Shown here piece after piece: positions 57,575-64,000 of a DNA stretch of 64,000 nt (its first letter is position 1; every line of letters starts with the position of its first letter). Origin of the DNA: Candidatus Bathyarchaeota archaeon (GTDB lineage: Archaea; Thermoproteota; Bathyarchaeia; Bathyarchaeales; Bathycorpusculaceae); assembly GCA_963715865.1 (NCBI GenBank), contig OY970280.1, positions 1,920,001 to 1,984,000 of the forward strand, given 5' to 3'. The notes beneath the pieces were generated by a model. The model was not told the origin of the DNA. It ran no database searches and worked only from the letters and a program-made list of their open reading frames with translations. The translations under genes were made by a program, and so were the position numbers.

Positions 57575-57742
57575 TTATTCCTCTTCACGCTCTTTCCCTT
57601 CCCGAACAAGCTTGCGAACCTTTTGTCCGCCTTTTCTGCCTATTTCGCTGTAAAATTCTGGGCCATGAGTCTCCGCTGTTTTTTCACCACCCAAACGCCC
57701 AGCCTCTTCAACAGTCATCTTTCCTTTCCTTTTCTCTGCCAA
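57575..57742 (-). CDS. KGG/Em-like hydrophilin paralog 2 (55 aa)
   Basis: Manual, TTG start: MAEKRKGKMTVEEAGRLGGEKTAETHGPEFYSEIGRKGGQKVRKLVREGKEREEE*. Confidence 0.9.
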   Translation of the reverse strand: MAEKRKGKMTVEEAGRLGGEKTAETHGPEFYSEIGRKGGQKVRKLVREGKEREEE

Positions 57743-57806
57743 TAAATTCACCTCCTAAAAATTAACTTAAACCAAAATTTAGAAAATGCACAAAATTAGC
57801 CTACAG

Positions 57807-57986
57807 TTACTCGTTCTCGTGCTCTTTTCCTTCCTAGATGAGCTCGCGAACTCTATGTCCGCCCTTACTTTCTATTTCTTCATAAAACTTTCGCCCATGT
57901 GTCTCAGCGGTCTTTCGTCCACCTTTCTGGCCGCCTTTCCTTCCAGCTTCTTCAACGCTCATTTGGCCTTTCTTTTTTTCAGTCAG
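57807..57986 (-). pseudogene. KGG/Em-like paralog 3 with in-frame TAG
   Basis: Manual: (L)TEKKKGQMSVEEAGRKGG...RVRELI*EGKEHENE*; TAG at 57836-57834 precedes the conserved C-terminal tail. Confidence 0.8.
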
Positions 57987-58061
57987 TGTATTTTACCCCC
58001 TAAGAAATCAGAACATGCACATTTGACCCCAAAGGGACGATTCAGTAAAAAAATTGTTTGT

Positions 58062-58313
58062 TTATTCTTGTTCATGTTCTTTTCCAACTTGAATAAGCCT
58101 GCGAACCTTTTGACCCCCTCTATGCCCAGCCTCTTCCAGGCTTGTTTTTCCTCTTGCTTCTAGTGAGCCTTCGTGCTGCTTGGCTCTCTCAGAACCACCT
58201 TTACTTCCTATTTCGCTGTAAAATTCTGGGCCATGAGTCTCCGCTGTTTTTTCACCGCCCAAACGCCCAGCCTCTTCAACAGTCATCTTTCCTTTCCTTT
58301 TCTCTTCACTCAC
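58062..58313 (-). CDS. KGG/Em-like hydrophilin paralog 4 (mosaic)
   Basis: GTG start 5 nt after GGAGGTGA; EAGRLGG, EFYSEIGSKGG, EAGHRGG. Confidence 0.9.
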   Translation of the reverse strand: MSEEKRKGKMTVEEAGRLGGEKTAETHGPEFYSEIGSKGGSERAKQHEGSLEARGKTSLEEAGHRGGQKVRRLIQVGKEHEQE

Positions 58314-58385
58314 GCATATCACCTCCACAAAAGGGTTAACAGTCGCTTTCTCAATTTCCCAATTTTCTAGCCCGAAACATAACTT

Positions 58386-58402
58386 TTAAACATATGTGGC
58401 TG
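58386..58402 (-). promoter_or_regulatory. Shared upstream motif copy 2 (CAGCCACATATGTTTAA)
   Basis: About 73 nt upstream of the 58313 start. Confidence 0.65.
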
Positions 58403-58536
58403 TCTTAACACAGTAACAACGGGAAAAAGAGCCTTTTTTAGTCCAAAATGGAATATAGGCTATGAATAAATTGAAAAAACTTTTAACGTGGAAAATGAGC
58501 TTTCCAAATCTAAAATAAGATGAATATCAGTTTTAC

Positions 58537-58731
58537 CTATTCCTCTTCGTGTTCTTTTCCTTCGCGGATGAGCTTACGGACTCTTTGCCCACCTTTCGGT
58601 CCGCCTATCTTTCCACCCTTGCGGCCTATTTCACTATAGAATTCTTCTCCATGGGTTTCGGAGGTTTTTAGCCCGCCTTTCCTCCCTGCTTCAGCAACAG
58701 TCATTTTACCTTTTTTTTCTTCTCTTGACAA
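58537..58731 (-). CDS. KGG/Em-like hydrophilin paralog 5
   Basis: TTG start after GGAGGTGA; EAGRKGG, EFYSEIGRKGG. Confidence 0.9.
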   Translation of the reverse strand: MSREEKKGKMTVAEAGRKGGLKTSETHGEEFYSEIGRKGGKIGGPKGGQRVRKLIREGKEHEEE

Positions 58732-58827
58732 TGCCTTTCACCTCCATAAAAAACAAACTATGCCTTTGATATCTAAAGAACCAGGAAATTAACAAGTAGT
58801 TACAAAAATAGTTGATAAAAAGACCTG

Positions 58828-59148
58828 TTATTCTTCCTCATGTTCTTTGCCTGCTTGGATTAGTTTTCGGACCCTCTGTCCACCTCTATGTCCTGCTTCT
58901 TCCAGGCTTGTTTTTCCTCTTGCTTCTAGTGAGCCTTCATGCTGCTTAGCTCTCTCAGAACCGCCTTTGCTTCCTATTTCGCTGTAAAATTCTGGGCCTC
59001 GCTCTTGAGAAACTTTTTCGCCGCCTTTGCGACCTATTTCCTCATAAAATTCTCGTCCATGAGTTTGAGCAGTTCTTTCTCCGCCTCTCCTCCCTGCTTC
59101 AGCAACAGTCATCTTGCCCTTTCTACTTTCTTCTTCACGCATACTCAA
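58828..59148 (-). CDS. KGG/Em-like hydrophilin paralog 6
   Basis: EAGRRGG, EFYEEIGRKGG, EFYSEIGSKGG, EAGHRGG; TTG start (an ATG follows 2 codons later). Confidence 0.9.
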   Translation of the reverse strand: MSMREEESRKGKMTVAEAGRRGGERTAQTHGREFYEEIGRKGGEKVSQERGPEFYSEIGSKGGSERAKQHEGSLEARGKTSLEEAGHRGGQRVRKLIQAGKEHEEE

Positions 59149-59210
59149 AAAATTGTCACCTCCTATTAAACTATGGAAAAGTTACCAATAGTAGAGCCGA
59201 ATAACCGCTC

Positions 59211-59227
59211 ATAAACTTATGTGGTTG
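59211..59227 (-). promoter_or_regulatory. Shared upstream motif copy 3 (CAACCACATAAGTTTAT)
   Basis: About 63 nt upstream of the 59148 start. Confidence 0.65.
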
Positions 59228-59389
59228 TAGCATAACTGTAACATGCTAACTAAGCACCATAAAATATTCTGAAATATGAATAAATAAACAAAAAACAGCT
59301 TACACTATGAACTTCCAAATGATAATTTAAATTATAAGTTAATTTAAATATCTCCGACTGGTCAACTTAATAATCATTGGGTAACCTGA

Positions 59390-60871
59390 ATGAAAGTGCT
59401 TCTCATCAATCCGCCTCAAACATTTTATCCAGGTTCAGAACAGCCCGCAGGCAATCTGCCTCTAGGCTTAATGTACATAGCGGCGGTGCTTGAAAGAGCA
59501 GGGTACAAAACGGAAATTTTAGACGCTTTTATGACTGATTACTCATTCCAGAAAAACGGCGAAACCATAAACGTTGGCATGCCGTTTGAACAGATAAAGC
59601 AGGAAATTTGCAGGCGAAAACCAGACATCGTTGGTATAGCAGGACCATTCACTTGCCAAATAGAAAATTCACTTAAAATAAGCAACTTAACCAAGCAAGT
59701 TGACCCAGGCATTTTAACAGTTGTAGGCGGTCCACACGTCACCACGGTGCCAAAAGGATTCCTTGAAGAGGCAAAAAACGTTGACATCGCTGTAACAGGC
59801 GAAGGCGAAAACACTATGCTTGACATAGCCCAGTATTTTGAAGGCAAAAAACAGTTAAGCGAAATTCTTGGCATCGCCTACCGCAAAAATGGAGAAGTCA
59901 CGTTAAATTCTCCAAGGCCTTTCATCAAAAACTTAGATGAGCTTCCCTACCCAGCCTACGACCTAGTGAATATGGAGCAGTACCTAAGCCCCAAAAAGAT
60001 AGGTTACCGCAGTTTCAGGAACAGGGCGATATCAATGATTACCAGCAGGGGTTGCCCCTTTAACTGCTGTTTCTGTTCGGTTCATTTGCATATGGGCAGG
60101 GAGTTTAGGGCGAACTCTGCAAGTAACGTGTTAAACCACATCCAATACGTTGTGGAAAAGTTTAATGTTAAGAACATTTTCTTTGAAGATGACAACTTAA
60201 CGCTTGATCTTGCAAGGTTCGAAGCTATCTGTGACGGTTTAATCGCGAAAAAAATCAGTATTGGTTGGGAAACACCAAACGGCGTCAGAGCAGACTGCTT
60301 AAATTTGAATCTGCTGAAAAAAATGAAAGAGTCGGGTTGCCAAAGCGTCTTTTTCGGAGTAGAATCAGGCGACCAACAAATCTTAGATAACGTGATCTGT
60401 AAAAGCCTTGACTTAAACCGTGTAGTGGAAGTTGCGAAAATCTGCAGAGACATCGGATTGAAAACTGGCGCATTCTACATTATTGGCTTTCCAGGCGAAA
60501 AGAAAGAGGACATGCAGAAAACCGTTGATTTTGCTTTAAGGCTCAAACGTGATTTTGATGTTGGCATGCACTTGTTCTTTGCAACGCCATCGTTTGGCAC
60601 AAGACTGTATGATGAGTGCAAGGCTAAAGGTTACATTCAGGAAAATTTGACTTGGAACTCTTTTGCTGAGGCTCGCCAGCCAAAAGGCATGCCGTTGATT
60701 TCGACTGAAGACTTCACCTCCGAAGAAGTGAAAGAGATAGCTGCTAAGGCGCTTCAGGAGTACAAGAAGTTATCCTTGCTAAATCACATCAAAAATCCGC
60801 GGAAAGCGTTGAAGACAGCGTTTGATCAGCCGCAACTCATTTTGAAATACGTCAAAAACTTGTTTAGGTAG
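59390..60871 (+). CDS. B12-binding radical SAM protein
   Basis: PLGLMYIAA, VGGPH, SRGCPFNCCFC, FEDD, GVESG, IIGFPGE. Confidence 0.95.
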   Translation: MKVLLINPPQTFYPGSEQPAGNLPLGLMYIAAVLERAGYKTEILDAFMTDYSFQKNGETINVGMPFEQIKQEICRRKPDIVGIAGPFTCQIENSLKISNLTKQVDPGILTVVGGPHVTTVPKGFLEEAKNVDIAVTGEGENTMLDIAQYFEGKKQLSEILGIAYRKNGEVTLNSPRPFIKNLDELPYPAYDLVNMEQYLSPKKIGYRSFRNRAISMITSRGCPFNCCFCSVHLHMGREFRANSASNVLNHIQYVVEKFNVKNIFFEDDNLTLDLARFEAICDGLIAKKISIGWETPNGVRADCLNLNLLKKMKESGCQSVFFGVESGDQQILDNVICKSLDLNRVVEVAKICRDIGLKTGAFYIIGFPGEKKEDMQKTVDFALRLKRDFDVGMHLFFATPSFGTRLYDECKAKGYIQENLTWNSFAEARQPKGMPLISTEDFTSEEVKEIAAKALQEYKKLSLLNHIKNPRKALKTAFDQPQLILKYVKNLFR

Positions 60872-61018
60872 AAATTACCGTTATGTTTTGACGAAAGTCG
60901 AATCATTGTTATCACTAAGCTATCAAGCGTACAGGCGTAGAACAAGAGACACCAAGAGACCAGCAACACTAAAGCTTATATTGAAACATGAGACAAAATA
61001 TATGTTGTGATTTGCAGG

Positions 61019-61279
61019 ATGAACAGACATGAAGCAGTCACTTATTTAAAAGAAATCACTAATACTTGTACGAACATGTCGCCGAATGCTGTTGCTTTGT
61101 TTGATTCAAGACCAGATGACCCAGACTCAACGGGGTATCAAGTACACATTAAAACAATTCTAGATAATGAAACCAAACAGCGGTTACAAAACATTGCTGA
61201 AAAACACAGCTTAGCACTAAGAGAAGAAAATGGCAAAGTTGTTATCTATCAGCCTAAAGAAGTCACGAAAACAGCTTAA
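61019..61279 (+). CDS. Hypothetical small protein
   Basis: ATG at 61019, MNRHEAVTYLKEI...; TTATA-like box upstream. Confidence 0.7.
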   Translation: MNRHEAVTYLKEITNTCTNMSPNAVALFDSRPDDPDSTGYQVHIKTILDNETKQRLQNIAEKHSLALREENGKVVIYQPKEVTKTA

Positions 61280-61401
61280 TATGCTATTTTGAAGTTGGCA
61301 CCGCACTTATCACAAGTGTAAACTGCTATGCAAAAGAAATCGTTTTCTATCTTCCTATCTGGTTTGGTGAGGTTTTTTCCACAGTTTTGACAGCTAACCA
61401 T
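61276..61401 (-). CDS. Zinc-ribbon microprotein (41 aa)
   Basis: Manual: MVSCQNCGKNLTKPDRKIENDFFCIAVYTCDKCGANFKIAY*. Confidence 0.7.
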   Translation of the reverse strand: MVSCQNCGKNLTKPDRKIENDFFCIAVYTCDKCGANFKIAY

Positions 61402-61511
61402 AGGAGCACACTTGTGAGAGTTTGCTATAAATTAGCGGAAGCATTATAAGAATACTTGTTGTCTCGCTCAAACTACCACAACTATACCATTGATGGATTA
61501 CAAAGCAAAAA

Positions 61512-61552
61512 GGCGGGCCCGCTGGGATGCGCTTAATTATTTAAGCGAATCC
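61512..61552 (-). other. tRNA 3'-end fragment fused to an 11-6-11 palindrome (att-like scar)
   Basis: Minus strand ATCCCAG-CGGGCCC-G-CC then a T-tract; GGATGCGCTTA-ATTATT-TAAGCGAATCC at 61525-61552. Confidence 0.5.
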
Positions 61553-61653
61553 TCACGCCATAATATTCCACTCACAAATCAGTTTGTCTCCACCCATCAA
61601 TTCGCATGATTTGAGCGTTCTTTTGGATTAACTTTTCTATGCAGCATATTTTC

Positions 61654-61818
61654 TTACTTCATCTGTAGTTTATCTTTGAGACTGGGATGCATTTTCACCC
61701 GCGAGGTTTGCTTGCCACAGCAAGTCCACCTGAACGTTTCTCTGCGGCAACTTTGGCAGAAGCGTTTGTGGTCTGCGAACTCTGGATTCTTCAAATCTTT
61801 CTCGGCGAACTTACTCAT
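61654..61818 (-). CDS. Small Cys-rich zinc-finger-like protein (54 aa)
   Basis: Manual: MSKFAEKDLKNPEFADHKRFCQSCRRETFRWTCCGKQ...; its ATG overlaps the end of the upstream gene, with GGTGA SD. Confidence 0.6.
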   Translation of the reverse strand: MSKFAEKDLKNPEFADHKRFCQSCRRETFRWTCCGKQTSRVKMHPSLKDKLQMK

Positions 61819-62314
61819 GTACTTCACCTATCAGCCTGTGTTTTTTCAGGGTACGTTTTTTTCTATTGTTTTCACTTTGTGTTTTTCTTCGGAGCCAAAT
61901 GCCTTCACTCAGGAACAGCACCATGGCAATGGCGGTTGGAGCCATCAAGTAAAACAGGTAGAGACTGGGTGTTTGGCCTTTTTGGAAAAAGGGGATGGCA
62001 ATGGCTATGGCTTCTACGCATAGAATACCGATAAAGAAAAAGGAGTAGAAGATTAGGCGGGGCACAAGGGTTTTCCCAATCCAGAGGTGCCCGCTGATAT
62101 TTACTTTTTCTTTGATAAAGTATTCGCCGTATTGGTTTTTTGTTATTAAGCCGAATGATTCGAGTTTTTGCAGATGCCAGTAGGCCACACTTGGGCTGCT
62201 AAGGTTGGCTAGTCGCATGGTTTCTCGGGGACCCAAGGACTTACCTTCTTTAACCATGCAGGCGTAGACGTTTAGGGTTTTGCCTTCAAGTTCTTCTGTG
62301 TTAAGGTTTGTCAC
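61811..62314 (-). CDS. wHTH protein with two C-terminal TM helices (membrane-tethered regulator candidate)
   Basis: GPRETMRLANLSSPSVAYWHLQKL...G.Y wHTH, then two hydrophobic helices. Confidence 0.8.
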   Translation of the reverse strand: MTNLNTEELEGKTLNVYACMVKEGKSLGPRETMRLANLSSPSVAYWHLQKLESFGLITKNQYGEYFIKEKVNISGHLWIGKTLVPRLIFYSFFFIGILCVEAIAIAIPFFQKGQTPSLYLFYLMAPTAIAMVLFLSEGIWLRRKTQSENNRKKRTLKKHRLIGEVHE

Positions 62315-62452
62315 TTTAATTCCCTTCCGATCAGTTTCCTAAGAGAGTCAATCCCAAAAAATGGGGTGTAGAGGTTAACCCTCTATTTTGCCGAATACGC
62401 CGCTGTTTCCTGCTCTTTGCAGTTCCACAGTGTTTAGCTGGGTTTATGTTGG

Positions 62453-63766
62453 TCACGGCCTTGAAGTCGGCGCTACAGTTACTTCTATGCTTGAATTGCC
62501 CAGTTGGAACGTTTGATTATCAGCCAAGATTGCATTATACACATATCCGTTTTGAGTTTCAACCAGTTGTAGTTGAGTTACTTGGGTGGCAGTTGAGACG
62601 GTATTGAAGTAGGTTCCGTTAACTGGCTGGTTGTTGATGTAGTTTGAGACAGAAGAGTACAGTGTAATGTTTCCTGATTCGAGCGCAGCTAGGCCCGCGG
62701 TTGGTGCTGCCCCTGCAGGGTCTATTATGAACATTTCCGTGTTGTTGAACATGATCAGCCTTGACTCATGTGGTGCCCAAGTGTTGTTGAATCCCTTTTG
62801 GTTCCAATCCCATGGGAGCCAGCTATATCCTCGTCCAACATCCCAATCGCCCCATGTCGGCAATGTCGTTATGGCGCCTAGGCTTGAATTCATGTTTTCG
62901 TATGGTTGTGCTCCCACTGTTAAGACATCGTTTACCAGCGGGTTTGATATAGTTGTCATTGGCTGTGTGTTGTCGACTTTTACTTTGCCCGTCACGTCAA
63001 CCCATGCCCCGTTAATGTACATCTCGGTTATCAAGGGGTTTCCGTTTTGGTCGTAGTATTCTGTGATGGGTACGCCTCCAAACGAGATGCCTGTGTCGCT
63101 TGCATTTTCTGGCAGAGCTGGAACTGTGCCGTTGATTGTGTGGTCTGCACTGTAGGCGCGGATGTTGTCTGGGGTGAGGGGTCCGCCCATGATGCCTCCG
63201 TGATAATTGGCTTCGGTAAATAAGTACAAGCATTCTGGGTAAGGTACAAGAGTCGATGTGCCGTTATTGTCTGTGTAGGTGTTTGGCATCCAAGTGGCGT
63301 TTACCCATTTGTTGTTGAGGTAAACTCCGGAAACTATGCCTCCGAAGTACCAGTATGGGAAAGCGCTGGATGTACTGTTGTTTCCGTAGATATAGATTGT
63401 GCCGCCTAGAATTGAAGACTGCTGAACGTTGATGCCCTGAGCGGCTGCGAAGGAAAATTCGTAGACTGTGGCGGGTTGGTTTGAGAGGTTTGTAACGTTG
63501 AGGACGACGTTGTATGTAATGTTGATTGCTTGGTAGGTGTCAACTGAAGGGTTGCCTGAGAAATCGTAATCTGTTCTGGTGTATTGCCAGTTGACGGGAG
63601 TGAAGTTGGCGTAGACGACGTTGACGCTGAAATCGGCTTTAGGACCCTCCGGCACTTGCGGAAAGGGCTGAACATTGGTCGGCGCTATTAAAAGCGGCGC
63701 AGCAAAAACCGTTCCAACCAACAAGGCTAGAGCGGCAACTGCAATGAGTTTAAATTTGAACTCCAT
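62453..63766 (-). CDS. Secreted Asn/Thr-rich surface protein
   Basis: Signal-like KFKLIAVAALALLVGTVFA; many N-x-S/T sequons; beta-rich. Confidence 0.8.
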   Translation of the reverse strand: MEFKFKLIAVAALALLVGTVFAAPLLIAPTNVQPFPQVPEGPKADFSVNVVYANFTPVNWQYTRTDYDFSGNPSVDTYQAINITYNVVLNVTNLSNQPATVYEFSFAAAQGINVQQSSILGGTIYIYGNNSTSSAFPYWYFGGIVSGVYLNNKWVNATWMPNTYTDNNGTSTLVPYPECLYLFTEANYHGGIMGGPLTPDNIRAYSADHTINGTVPALPENASDTGISFGGVPITEYYDQNGNPLITEMYINGAWVDVTGKVKVDNTQPMTTISNPLVNDVLTVGAQPYENMNSSLGAITTLPTWGDWDVGRGYSWLPWDWNQKGFNNTWAPHESRLIMFNNTEMFIIDPAGAAPTAGLAALESGNITLYSSVSNYINNQPVNGTYFNTVSTATQVTQLQLVETQNGYVYNAILADNQTFQLGNSSIEVTVAPTSRP

Positions 63767-63816
63767 TTGATTTCACCATGAAGCGATATGCTAAGTGCGC
63801 CTATTAGCTCTGGTTA

Positions 63817-63843
63817 TAGAACGCTTTGTTCTAAGGCTAGAAC
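63817..63843. promoter_or_regulatory. Triple alternating half-site operator candidate
   Basis: TAGAAC-N5-GTTCTA-N4-TAGAAC overlapping a TATA-like CTATAA about 50 nt upstream of the 63766 start. Confidence 0.45.
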
Positions 63844-64000
63844 AGCTATAGAAGTAGCTTTTACAGCTACAAACTGAAGTGTTACTAAAGATGTAAGGAA
63901 AATGATGACAAACATTAAGCTAAATTCTTGCCTCTGTTACCCATAATTTACTCTAAGAGATGGTTGACAATAAAAGACTTGTCACAGCGGGTTCTTGACA

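Noticed and set aside
57834-57836. Pyrrolysine recoding of the TAG
   Set aside because: No pyl genes in the window, the paralogs have Gln or Arg at this position, and the gene shows other signs of decay. A nonsense mutation is simpler.
56772-59148. Repeated DNA blocks that could look like a CRISPR array or satellite
   Set aside because: The repeats keep the reading frame, vary mainly at synonymous sites and encode KGG peptides. There is no constant repeat with unique spacers and no cas genes.
61512-61620. Complete tRNA gene
   Set aside because: Only the 3' 17 nt are tRNA-like. No D-arm, anticodon arm or 5' acceptor strand can be read upstream on the minus strand.

Overview
64-kb archaeal chromosomal segment, most consistent with Bathyarchaeia/TACK (inference from gene content: TFE-beta, arcadin-1, EF-1beta, proteasome beta, split Kae1/Bud32, S15-DHH-Pcc1). 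The first ~36 kb is mostly housekeeping (rtcA, trm5, glmS, pcm, fen1, cdc48, GGR, pth2, truD, nadM, psmB, nadC, rlmE, KEOPS, rps15). Two accessory insertions interrupt it: a VapBC/ArsR block at 10.8-12.9 kb, and a 2.1-kb decayed island at 29.5-31.6 kb carrying an AbiEi-like/nucleotidyltransferase pair and an integrase stump. From ~36 to 56.7 kb lies a dense redox, metal and oxygen-defence region: CopA, PDO, FprA, rubrerythrin, SOD, Zn-ferredoxin, flavin disulfide reductase-Grx-FTR, Nth, Prx, wHTH-VIT1, ferritin-like and flavodoxin. A tandem cluster of six KGG/Em(LEA)-like hydrophilin paralogs plus DUF2795 follows (56.8-59.2 kb). These share an upstream motif, have strong SD sites and have SD-positioned non-ATG starts. 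The strongest candidate novelties are (1) the AbiEi-like gene bracketed by 37-bp inward-facing inverted operator/promoter repeats, a possible invertible or antisense-controlled TA switch, and (2) the hydrophilin cluster as a candidate desiccation/dormancy regulon. Several real-looking small ORFs missing from the ORF track were read by hand. No CRISPR array, rRNA or complete tRNA was seen. All family calls come from motif recognition, not database searches.
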